Below are positions 40,915 through 49,630 of a stretch of DNA of 63,037 nucleotides, piece by piece. Each line of letters starts with the position of its first letter. The stretch's first letter is position 1. The notes beneath the pieces are model-generated. The model was not told the origin of the DNA. It searched no databases and saw only the letters and a program-made list of their open reading frames with translations. The DNA comes from an uncultured Phycisphaeraceae bacterium (GTDB taxonomy: Bacteria; Planctomycetota; Phycisphaerae; UBA1845). The translations under genes were made by a program, and so were the position numbers. The stretch is from contig CAZYLK010000008.1 in the NCBI GenBank assembly GCA_964648365.1, forward strand, positions 1-63,037. Reading direction: 5' to 3'.

Positions 40915-41009
40915 GCGCGTGCCACGTTCGAGCGTGCCCGCCGGGTCTGTCACGCACCCGCCCGCGGCGCCGGCGACAGCAACATCCCTCCCACCTACAA
41001 TCTCAACCC

Positions 41010-42833
41010 ATGCGGATCGCCCTGGCGCAGCTCAACCCCACCGTCGCCGACGTGTCCGGCAACACCGCCCTCGTCCTCGACGCCCTCCGCCGCGCCGAGG
41101 CCGATGGGGCCGACCTGGTGCTCTTCCCGGAACTGATCACGGTCGGCTATCCGCCCAAGGATCTGGTCAACCGGCGCGACCTGGTGGCGGCCAACCTGGC
41201 GGCGCTGGATCGCATCGCCGCCGCCACGACGCGCACCGCGGCCGTGGTGGGATACGTCGGCGATGACGTGTTCCCCGGCAGCGGTCGGGTGCAGAACTGC
41301 GCCGCCCTGTGCGTCGGCGGCAAGATCACGGCGCGTTATGCCAAGCGCCTGCTGCCCGTCTACGACGTATTCGACGAATCCCGCTACTTCACGCACGGCA
41401 GTACGGTCTGCGTCTGCCGCGTACCCGTCGCGAGCGCGCCCGGCGGACACACCCGTGACGTAGCCATCGGCCTGACCATCTGCGAAGACCTGTGGCACGA
41501 CCGGCAGTTCAGCGGCCGGCGGATGTACGGCGTCGATCCGATCGCCGAAACCGTCGCGGCCGGGGCCGAGCTGATCGTCAACATCTCCGCCTCGCCGTTT
41601 ACCGCTTCCAAGCCGGAGTTCCGCGAGGCACTGTTCGGCGTGCAGGCCCGCGAGCATGACGTGATCGTCGCGTACTGCGGGCAGGTCGGCGGCAACGACG
41701 ATCTCGTGTTCGACGGATGCAGCACCGTGTTCGGTGCGGACGGCTCGATCCTCGCCCGGGCGAAATCGTTCGAGCCGGATCTACTGATCGTCGATCTGCC
41801 GGAACCCGCACCCGAGCCGCGGGCTTCAGCCCGCGCGAACGCTGCGGTCCCAAGCGAGCCGCGGGCTTCAGCCCGCGCGGAGTCTGCGACTTCGGATACA
41901 TCCCCCGCCGAAAACCGCATCCTCCACCACGCCGCGCCGGCCGCTACGCCAACCCAACGGATCGAGCCGCGCGGCGACTACCTCGACCGCATCTGGTCGG
42001 CCCTCGTGCTCGGCGCGCGGGATTACACCCGCAAATGCGGCTTCCGCGGCGTGGTCATCGGCCTGTCCGGCGGCATCGACTCGGCACTGACCGCCGCGCT
42101 GGCGGTCGACGCGCTGGGCGCCGCCAACGTGCTCGGCGTGGCCATGCCGTCGCGATACAGCAGCACACACAGCGTCGAGGACGCCCGACTGCTGGCGGAG
42201 AATCTCGGCATCGAGTTTCACCTCGTCTCCATCGAAGCGGCACACGCCGCCATGGAGCAGAGCCTGGCCCCGTGCTTCGCCGGGCGCGAATCCGACGTGA
42301 CCGAAGAGAACATCCAGGCCCGCCTGCGCGGCGCGGTGGCCATGGCGCTGGCCAACAAGTTCGGTCGGCTGGTCTTCAGCACGGGCAACAAGAGCGAACT
42401 GGCCGTCGGGTACTGCACGCTCTACGGCGACATGTGCGGCGGGCTGGCGCTGATCAGCGACGTACCCAAGACGACGGTCTATGAACTGTCGAAACGCCAC
42501 AACGCCCGCTGCGGCGCGGCCGTGATCCCCGAACGCACGCTGGCGAAACCCCCCTCCGCCGAGTTGCGCCCCGACCAGTGCGACCAGGACACGCTGCCGC
42601 CCTATGACGTGCTGGATGCGATTCTGGTCCGCTACATCGAGCACGATCTGCCCATCGACGAGATCATCCGCGAAGGCTTCGACCCGGCCACGGTCTGCTG
42701 GGTCGCCACGGCCGTGGACCGCAATGAATACAAACGTCAGCAGGCGGCCGTGGGCATCAAGGTCACCTCGCGGGCCTTCGGCACCGGCCGGCGCATGCCG
42801 ATCGCCGCGCGGTGGCGGCTGGAGGAAGCGTAG
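41010..42833 (+). CDS. nadE: Glutamine-dependent NAD+ synthetase
   Basis: CN-hydrolase half (MRIALAQLNP..., LVLFPEL, GLTICEDLWH) and synthetase half (GLSGGIDSAL, SELAVGYCTLYGD). Start at the ATG at 41010. The upstream 311 codons of the track ORF run antisense to aroDE. Confidence 0.9.
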   Translation: MRIALAQLNPTVADVSGNTALVLDALRRAEADGADLVLFPELITVGYPPKDLVNRRDLVAANLAALDRIAAATTRTAAVVGYVGDDVFPGSGRVQNCAALCVGGKITARYAKRLLPVYDVFDESRYFTHGSTVCVCRVPVASAPGGHTRDVAIGLTICEDLWHDRQFSGRRMYGVDPIAETVAAGAELIVNISASPFTASKPEFREALFGVQAREHDVIVAYCGQVGGNDDLVFDGCSTVFGADGSILARAKSFEPDLLIVDLPEPAPEPRASARANAAVPSEPRASARAESATSDTSPAENRILHHAAPAATPTQRIEPRGDYLDRIWSALVLGARDYTRKCGFRGVVIGLSGGIDSALTAALAVDALGAANVLGVAMPSRYSSTHSVEDARLLAENLGIEFHLVSIEAAHAAMEQSLAPCFAGRESDVTEENIQARLRGAVAMALANKFGRLVFSTGNKSELAVGYCTLYGDMCGGLALISDVPKTTVYELSKRHNARCGAAVIPERTLAKPPSAELRPDQCDQDTLPPYDVLDAILVRYIEHDLPIDEIIREGFDPATVCWVATAVDRNEYKRQQAAVGIKVTSRAFGTGRRMPIAARWRLEEA

Positions 42834-42862
42834 CCGTTCGGCGGCTCGACCTCTGCGCAGGT

Positions 42863-44056
42863 TCAGCGCGCTCCCGCTTCCACCGCCGCAATCAGCGCGG
42901 CATGGTCGACGAAGTCGACGTCGTCGTCGCAATCGACGTCGAATACGCGGCACGGCTCAGCGAGCGGACCACGGCCGGGGCCGGTGAAGCAGGTCTGAAA
43001 CGCGGCTGCGTCGGCCAGATCTGCGTCGCCGTCACCGTCGCGATCGGCGTGGGAGCCTTCCCTGCGTGGCACGACCAGATCGGCGAAGACGATCAGATGG
43101 TCGGACGCGGCCGCGCTGATGCCGGGCGGGAGCGGATCGCCGTACTTCGGCAGCCCCCCCCCGCGCTGCTCATCGGCCGAATCGTAAACCTCCGCCGGCG
43201 CGCAGGCCCCGGAAAGGCGGTGGCTGGCCAGGATGTAGTCGATGCGTCGCCCGCTGACGTGCGTGCCCTGAAAGCCGTCCATCTGCCGGGCGTCGAGCAC
43301 CGTCGTGGCAGGGCCGTTCCAGCGACCCATGTAATGAAACGGATCGTTGATGATCCCGCCCTCTCGATACAGCACTTCGCGCAGATCGAGGCCCAGACGG
43401 AACGACTGCGGCAGGCCCGTGGGCAACTCGACAAACGGATTGGGCACACCCGGCGGACCGGTCACGACGGCGTTCATGTCGCCGAGGATGACGAACGCCT
43501 CGCGCGAGCCGGCCAGGTCCGCAACGACCTGTTCAAACCGCGCCGCTTCGCACGCCCGGCGGAACTCGTCGGCGTTGGTGGTGCTGGCCTTCAGGTGATT
43601 GGTCACCAGCGTCAGGTCGATCGGTGTATCGGGCACGTCGACGACCACCTCGATGATCAGGCGCGTCAGATCGTTGGCGCTGCCGTCGCCGGAAATCGAC
43701 CCAGACGTGTGGATCACGGTCTCGCGCAGCGGCAGCCGGCTGATGAATCCGTTGCGCAGGCTTCCGAACGGGTTGGTCGTGGGCACGACGACGTGCTCGT
43801 AGCCGGTTTCGCTCGCCAGCGTCTCGAGGTAGCCGGCTTCGACGTTGCCGTTGACTTCGTTGATCGCCACCACGTCCGCCCCGACGCGGTTGAGCACCAG
43901 GGCCGCGGCGCGGTATTGGCCGCTGCCGGGTTCACCGACGGATTCAATGTTCCACGTCGCGACGCGCACGGGCGACTGCGCGACGGCGGTCGAGACCGAC
44001 GCCGCCAAGGCGACGAGGATACGGATGGCGTGAAGGATCGACGATGGCAACGGCAT
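42863..44056 (-). CDS. Secreted endonuclease/exonuclease/phosphatase (EEP)-family protein with a dockerin/EF-hand-like tail
   Basis: Signal peptide MPLPSSILHAIRILVALAASVSTAVAQ, then VATWNIES, INEV, LGDMN and SDHL EEP motifs. C-terminus is DRDGDGDADLADAAAFQTCFTG...FDVDCDDDVDFVD. Confidence 0.8.
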   Translation of the reverse strand: MPLPSSILHAIRILVALAASVSTAVAQSPVRVATWNIESVGEPGSGQYRAAALVLNRVGADVVAINEVNGNVEAGYLETLASETGYEHVVVPTTNPFGSLRNGFISRLPLRETVIHTSGSISGDGSANDLTRLIIEVVVDVPDTPIDLTLVTNHLKASTTNADEFRRACEAARFEQVVADLAGSREAFVILGDMNAVVTGPPGVPNPFVELPTGLPQSFRLGLDLREVLYREGGIINDPFHYMGRWNGPATTVLDARQMDGFQGTHVSGRRIDYILASHRLSGACAPAEVYDSADEQRGGGLPKYGDPLPPGISAAASDHLIVFADLVVPRREGSHADRDGDGDADLADAAAFQTCFTGPGRGPLAEPCRVFDVDCDDDVDFVDHAALIAAVEAGAR

Positions 44057-44302
44057 CGCGGTTTCGGCTCCAAAGCGGATCGGCCATGCACCGCGCGACC
44101 CGGGCCAGCGCAAGCCCCCGCGGCGCAACGTGAGTCATTGTACCCGGACACGTTAAGATGCCGTTAAGACCGCCGCGAGACGTCGGCCATCCAAACCGTC
44201 CGCCGCGTGCGGATCAGGAAGCCGCCACACGAACACTATTCCGCCAACGCAGCCATTGGTCTGCGGATTACCGCCGCCCTACTCCACCCACCCGGAGCAA
44301 GC

Positions 44303-45847
44303 CTACTTCCGCGCCGCCGCCTCCGCGATGCGCCGCGCCAGCGCTTCGACCTCGTCCGCCTGGTTCATCATGACGACAATCGCCTGATCGCTTTCGGGCA
44401 GCAGGCTGACGAGCGTGTAGAACGTGCCGGCCGAGCCGTTGTGCCAGTGCATCGGCTTGCCCTCGAACTCGGCCACCACCCAGCCGCCGGCGTAGTCGTC
44501 GCCCGGGGCGGGCGTGTGCAGCCGCTTGATCGTGGCGGCTTTGAGCGGGCCGTCCTTGCCGCGCAGGCCGGCCAGGTGATACGCAGCGTAGCGGGCCAGG
44601 TCATTGACGGACATGTTCACGTCGCCGGCCGGGGCGAGGAACTCACCCAGTTCATACTCGCCGATCGGCTGCACCTGGATCGCGTCGCCGCTGCCTCCGT
44701 GGCCGTGGGGCTGGTACGGCCGCTCGTGCGTGGCCGGCCAGCCGAACCCGGCGGACTTCAGGCCCATCGGCTCAAACACGTACTCGCGCACGAGCTGCGC
44801 CCACGGCTTGCCCGCCGCGACTTCGGCGATGTAGCCCACCAGCGCGTAGCCCGCGTTGGAATACTCGCTTTTCGTGCCCGGCGTGTGGACCGGCGGCATC
44901 ATGAGAATGTCGGCAAGAAACGCCTTGCGCTGCTCCGTCGGCGAGCCGCCCAGCGCCGTGAGCCGGTCCAGTTGCTCCTGATCGAAGGTCAGCGCCGGCG
45001 TGATGCCGCCGCGATGCTGCATGAGCTGCGTCAGCGTGACTTCGCGATAGGCGTCGTGCATCTTCATGTCGGGCAGCGCCTTGGCCAGCGTGATGTCCCA
45101 GTCGAGCTTGCCCTCCTCGATCAGCCGGCCGACCATCGTGGCTGTGACGGACTTGGTGACCGAACCGATGTGAAACAGGTCGCCCGGTTCGACCGCCTCC
45201 TGCGAGCCATGCCGCCGCACGCCCACCACGGCGACATCGACGACTTTGTCTCCCTTGACATGTGCGGCCGCGATCGCCGGCACGCCGTGCAGCTTGCAGA
45301 GCTTCGTGAGCAAATCCTTCAAATCGGTGAACGACTTGAACGCGTCATCGTCGTTGACCGGCGCCGTACCCGGCTGAAGCAGCAGCCCGTCGATCAGGTG
45401 CGGCTTGACACTCTCGACCGAGATGGACATCTTCAGCCACTCGCCCTTGCTGGTGACAGCGTGGACCACCATGCCGTAGTCCTGCCCGCCTTCATAGCGC
45501 TTGATCTCGGCGATGCGCAGCGGCCCGGTCGCGGTGCCCATGAGCACCTCGTAAGTCGGCCAGCGCACCTGCTTGCGAAACGCTTCCGTGAAGGTGGCCT
45601 CGTAGTGCTTCTTCATCTCCTCGGACTCGCCCTTGCGGACGACCTTGAGCCATTCTGCAAAGGCCTTGCCGACCGGCGAATCCGGCGGCGGCAGGTCGTC
45701 AGCCCGCGCGGCCGGCGCGAGCGCCGCCAGGCCCGAAAGAGCCAGGCTCGCAACCATGAGGATCTTGCGTCGCCTGCATCGCGAGGCAACGGAGGAATGA
45801 GGATGAATGAGCGACGCAACGGCCGAGAATCGGGATGAACTTGTCAT
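44303..45847 (-). CDS. Serine hydrolase, beta-lactamase/PBP (class C-like) family
   Basis: Signal-like KILMVASLALSGLAALAPAARA. SxxK motif in FHIGSVTKSVTATMVG, and a YSN motif (EYSNAGY). Start uncertain (45847 or 45877). Confidence 0.85.
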   Translation of the reverse strand: MTSSSRFSAVASLIHPHSSVASRCRRRKILMVASLALSGLAALAPAARADDLPPPDSPVGKAFAEWLKVVRKGESEEMKKHYEATFTEAFRKQVRWPTYEVLMGTATGPLRIAEIKRYEGGQDYGMVVHAVTSKGEWLKMSISVESVKPHLIDGLLLQPGTAPVNDDDAFKSFTDLKDLLTKLCKLHGVPAIAAAHVKGDKVVDVAVVGVRRHGSQEAVEPGDLFHIGSVTKSVTATMVGRLIEEGKLDWDITLAKALPDMKMHDAYREVTLTQLMQHRGGITPALTFDQEQLDRLTALGGSPTEQRKAFLADILMMPPVHTPGTKSEYSNAGYALVGYIAEVAAGKPWAQLVREYVFEPMGLKSAGFGWPATHERPYQPHGHGGSGDAIQVQPIGEYELGEFLAPAGDVNMSVNDLARYAAYHLAGLRGKDGPLKAATIKRLHTPAPGDDYAGGWVVAEFEGKPMHWHNGSAGTFYTLVSLLPESDQAIVVMMNQADEVEALARRIAEAAARK

Positions 45848-45899
45848 GGCAATAGGCACGGCAAAGCAGGCTATCATTCGTACCGACTCGCGCCGGCGC

Positions 45900-45949
45900 G
45901 TGGCACCGGCTTCCAGCCGGTGGAATCACGGCCTGGAAGGCCGTGCCAC
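45900..45949. repeat. REP-like family-A double hairpin (palindromic unit)
   Basis: gtggcaccggcttccagccggtggaatcacggcctggaaggccgtgccac is two 7-bp stem hairpins enclosed by GTGGCA...TGCCAC. It lies between the hydrolase start and the PQQ-propeller stop. Confidence 0.8.
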
Positions 45950-45965
45950 ACAATCCTCGGGCAGC

Positions 45966-47195
45966 TTAGCCCAGGTCGAAGGCCATGATGTCCTTCCGGT
46001 CGCGAATGTAAAGGCGCTTGCCCACCAGGGTCGGCGCCGCCCACGCCCACTTCTCCGTCGCCACCTTGGCCTGCGACAGGACTTTCAACCCCTCGGACGA
46101 TGCCTGGGCCAGGGCCAGATTCCCGTCCTCGTCCAGGATAATCAGTTTGTCGCCGGTCCAGAGGCAGGTCGCCTTGGTGAAGCCGCGCTCGCGCCACAGC
46201 ACTTCACCGTCTTCGAGCCGCAGCCCCTGGAAGAACGCCGGCCCGAAGTCGCCGCTCGACCCGTACACCATGTCGCCGACGATCACCGGGTTGGCGTGGT
46301 GCAGGCGCATCTTGCGGTGGAACCAGAGTTCCTCGGTGGTCGTCTTGTCGCCGTCCGCCTTCAGCCGGATCACCCGGCTGCCGGAGTCGTACGCGGCCGA
46401 GCAGAACAGCAGATCCTTGCCGTTCCACACCGGCGTGGAGAGGTTCGCGCCGTACTGCGTCGGGTGTTCGTGCCGCCAGAGCAGCTTGCCGTCGATCGGG
46501 CTGACACCGGCGATCTCCGCCGCCATGAAGCAGACGAGCTGATCCTGGTTGTTGAAGCGAATCAGGATGGGCGACGAGTGCGTGGGCTGAAAGTCGAGCG
46601 CTTTCCACGCGACCTTGCCGTCCGCCTGGTTGAACGCCATCAGCGCCTGACCCTCGCCGCCGCCGACAAAGGTGATGATCGTATCCTTGTAGGCCACCGG
46701 GCTGGTGGAGTACCCGCGCCCGGGAACCTCCGCGCCGAACTCTTTCGGCATGTCGTGCGTCCACACGAGCTTGCCTGACTTTTTGTCGAAGCAGTACAGC
46801 ACCGAGTTGGTGCCGATCGAATAGAGCCGGTCGCCGACGACGAGCGGCGTGGCCGCCGGCCCCGGGCCGAACTGGGCCATCAGTTCCGTAAACGGCGACG
46901 CCTGCTTGTGCTCCCAGCGCGTCTTGCCGGTGGCCGCGTCGAGACACACGGTGAACTCGTCGTCGCCGGTGCGATACATCGTGTACAGCGCGTCGCCGTC
47001 AACGAGCACCGTCGAATAGCCGTCGCCCAGCGCCCGCTTCCACACCTGCTTCGGCCCGGCCTCCTCCCACTTGTCGGCCAGGCTGGCAGGCTGCGTGGTA
47101 AAGTCCCGATTCGGCCCGCCCCACTGCGTCCACTGGGCCGAAGCCGCGGCCGTCAATGCGAGTGCGACCCCGGCCGTCCGCGCCAGCGTGTACAT
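45966..47195 (-). CDS. Secreted PQQ-like (BamB-type) beta-propeller repeat protein
   Basis: Signal peptide MYTLARTAGVALALTAAASAQ. Repeated ...GD.[LV]Y......... [LV].[AC][LF]D...GK..W motifs. An alternative start lies at 47246. Confidence 0.8.
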   Translation of the reverse strand: MYTLARTAGVALALTAAASAQWTQWGGPNRDFTTQPASLADKWEEAGPKQVWKRALGDGYSTVLVDGDALYTMYRTGDDEFTVCLDAATGKTRWEHKQASPFTELMAQFGPGPAATPLVVGDRLYSIGTNSVLYCFDKKSGKLVWTHDMPKEFGAEVPGRGYSTSPVAYKDTIITFVGGGEGQALMAFNQADGKVAWKALDFQPTHSSPILIRFNNQDQLVCFMAAEIAGVSPIDGKLLWRHEHPTQYGANLSTPVWNGKDLLFCSAAYDSGSRVIRLKADGDKTTTEELWFHRKMRLHHANPVIVGDMVYGSSGDFGPAFFQGLRLEDGEVLWRERGFTKATCLWTGDKLIILDEDGNLALAQASSEGLKVLSQAKVATEKWAWAAPTLVGKRLYIRDRKDIMAFDLG

Positions 47196-47673
47196 GCGGC
47201 CGAACCCGCGCCCGCAAGAGGCGGGTCGACGGTCATCAGCGCTCATGCATCCACCCGGTGTGTCGGTCGTCCGGCGTCGGGTTCCAGTGTGCGGCCGCAT
47301 CGAGGGGAAAGTCATTGATCGCAATCTCCGGAGGAAAGGGCTTAAGAAACGACAGCGGGCTCGCCGTGAGGGGGCGAGCCCGCATCATCCGGGTTCACCT
47401 CCTCCCGAAGCCCCGAATGGCCGCACAATCCGGCGTGGGGTCGTGTCGTCAACGGCACCGACGCCTCCTGGCGACACAGCGCTGCGGCGAGCAATGCACT
47501 GACGAACCCCGGCCGGCAAGCGGCATGGGCCATTGTGCCGAATCGATCACACCGGTTCAACCACGGCGGCGGGATCCGACAAGGCCGGACACGATTTGAC
47601 GAGCCCCGCCACGCCGGCGATCAGCAAGCAGCAGCAAGGAAGGATACGTGACAGTTTCGGCGCGAGGCACATC

Positions 47674-47714
47674 GTGGCATGGTCTCGCCTTCGAGGCCGT
47701 GGCCTTCGTGCCAC
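47674..47714. repeat. REP-like family-A variant
   Basis: gtggcatggtctcgccttcgaggccgtggccttcgtgccac has GTGGCA/TGCCAC ends with an internal GC hairpin. Confidence 0.55.
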
Positions 47715-48071
47715 CCAAGGTATCACGCCCCCAGCAAGAAAATTGTCCAGGATTTGGCTTGAACTCGCTCCCCGTCATGGGGTACAATCCGGAGTGCGGT
47801 CGACGGTGCCGATCTCCGGCATGTTTTCTCGGGTAGCGTCCGGCCGCATCGCTGGGGGGCGGACCGGGTCATCGATGCGCGCAATCAAGATCGTGGCTGG
47901 TGTGGATGCGAGGCAGGCGCCCAATGTCGCGGCATCGCCGGCTGCACAGCGGTCGAAGACGTACAGTCGATTCTCGATCCGGAACCGTGACGTAAACCGT
48001 CGGTGCGATTCCCATGTCGCATCGTCGTGTTGCTCTGGTCGTACGTGTGGTTGAAGTACAAGGAGACCAAG

Positions 48072-49502
48072 ATGAGTTCTTCGATGCCCGCCCATGTCGC
48101 GATAGCTATCCTGATCGGATGCGTGACGGCCTGCGCCCAGAACTGTGGCCAGGAACTGCTAAAGCTCGTCGCGGACGACGGCGCGAGAAAGGACAGCTTC
48201 GGCGCCCCCTTGGCGATAGACGGGTCGATCGGCGTCGTCGGCGCTCGCCTTAATGACGACCACGGAGAAGACTCCGGATCCGCCTACCTGTTCGATATGA
48301 TCACGGGCGAACAACTCTACAAGCTGCTGCCCGACGACGGCGCCGCCGCGGACGTATTCGGACAGGCCGTTGCGATCCACGGAACGACCGTCATTGCGGG
48401 CGCCCCCGATGACGACGACCGGGGCGCCGGCTCCGGGTCCGCCTACCTCTTCGACGCCGCTACCGGCGAGCAGCTTTTCAAGCTCCTGGCCGCCGACGGC
48501 GACAGGGACGATCGCTTCGGCGCTGCCGTGGCAATCAGCGGCACGCGCGCCATCGTCGCGGCCGTGTGGGACGAACCGAACGGCAGCTACTCTGGCTCCG
48601 CGTACGTTTTTGATACCACCACGGGCGAGCAGTTGTTCAAGCTGCTGCCGGACGACGGCGCACCGAGCGATTTCTTCGGTGGCTCCGTGGCCATCAGCGG
48701 GACGCTGGCCATCGTGGGGGCGTTTCGCGACGACGACAACGGCGCCGATTCCGGCGCGGTGTACGTCTTCGATATCACCACCGGCGAGCAACTCTCGAAG
48801 CTCCTGCCCGACGACGGCGCCGCGGGCGACAGATTCGGCCACTCCGTAGCGCTCAGCGGCGACGTGGCCGTCATCGCGGCGGATTACGACAGTGATCTGG
48901 GCGAACACTCGGGGGCCGTCTACGTATTCGACGTGACCACCGGCCAGCAGTTGCACAAGCTGCTGCCCGATGAGGGTGCTGCGGCTGACCGATTCGGTGT
49001 TTCGGTTGCGTTGAGCGGCGCTACGGCCGTCATCGGATCGCTCCGCGGTCGTACCGGTACGGCCTATCTGTTTGATGTCGAATCCGGCACACAGATTCGC
49101 ACCCTGGTGCCGAGCCGTGGAAGGAAGCCGGCGTTTGGCGTATCGGTCTCGATCAGCGGCGACAGCGCCTTCATCGGAGCACCTGCTGACAATACGAACG
49201 GCAAGCGGTCCGGGGCGGCTCACGTCATGAATGCGGCATGCGTGTGCGGCGGCCATGAGAAGATCAAAAAGGCATCGTGCCAGGACCAGAATGGAGCCAA
49301 TCAACTGAAGGTCTTGCTGGCCAACGGGCTGGAAGGAGACGAGTTTGCGGTCACCCTTCCCGACGGATCGAAGAAGTCCGGCATTATTAACGCTGACGGC
49401 AAGGGCAAGATAAAGTTCAAGAACCGTCCATCCGGCGCCGGGGATGCGACGGCCGCCTGGGGCTGCGGGGCGGCGGATGAAAAGGCGTACGCCTGTCCCT
49501 GA
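48072..49502 (+). CDS. Secreted FG-GAP (integrin-alpha-like) repeat beta-propeller with a C-terminal Cys-bounded module
   Basis: AAGGAG lies before the ATG at 48072. Signal/lipobox-like MSSSMPAHVAIAILIGCVTACAQ. Seven repeats of FG..VAI.G...[IV].GA..DD....SGSAY[LV]FD..TGEQL.KLLP.DGA..D. Confidence 0.85.
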   Translation: MSSSMPAHVAIAILIGCVTACAQNCGQELLKLVADDGARKDSFGAPLAIDGSIGVVGARLNDDHGEDSGSAYLFDMITGEQLYKLLPDDGAAADVFGQAVAIHGTTVIAGAPDDDDRGAGSGSAYLFDAATGEQLFKLLAADGDRDDRFGAAVAISGTRAIVAAVWDEPNGSYSGSAYVFDTTTGEQLFKLLPDDGAPSDFFGGSVAISGTLAIVGAFRDDDNGADSGAVYVFDITTGEQLSKLLPDDGAAGDRFGHSVALSGDVAVIAADYDSDLGEHSGAVYVFDVTTGQQLHKLLPDEGAAADRFGVSVALSGATAVIGSLRGRTGTAYLFDVESGTQIRTLVPSRGRKPAFGVSVSISGDSAFIGAPADNTNGKRSGAAHVMNAACVCGGHEKIKKASCQDQNGANQLKVLLANGLEGDEFAVTLPDGSKKSGIINADGKGKIKFKNRPSGAGDATAAWGCGAADEKAYACP

Positions 49503-49546
49503 ATTGGCTTGGGCGATGCGTAGCCGCTTCCCTTCCGGCGGAGAGT

Positions 49547-49566
49547 GCGCAGGCTGAAGCCTGCGC
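49547..49566. repeat. Family-B-like hairpin GCGCAGGC-TGAA-GCCTGCGC
   Basis: Perfect 8-bp stem, 45 nt after the FG-GAP stop. It may act as a terminator, but no T-tract follows. Confidence 0.5.
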
Positions 49567-49630
49567 CGCGGCGTCGGCGTGTGAATGCGTGCGCTGAATC
49601 AGTGAGGCATTGACGATCAGGAGCGCGACC

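Noticed and set aside
40077-41009. The first 311 codons of the 918-aa ORF containing nadE.
   Set aside because: This part runs antisense to aroDE and is low-complexity. The conserved CN-hydrolase N-terminus MRIALAQLNP begins at the ATG at 41010.
47775-48095. A 106-aa minus-strand ORF in the PQQ/FG-GAP divergent gap.
   Set aside because: It has no RBS and no recognisable motif, it overlaps the FG-GAP start region, and its composition is borderline. The evidence is insufficient to call a gene.
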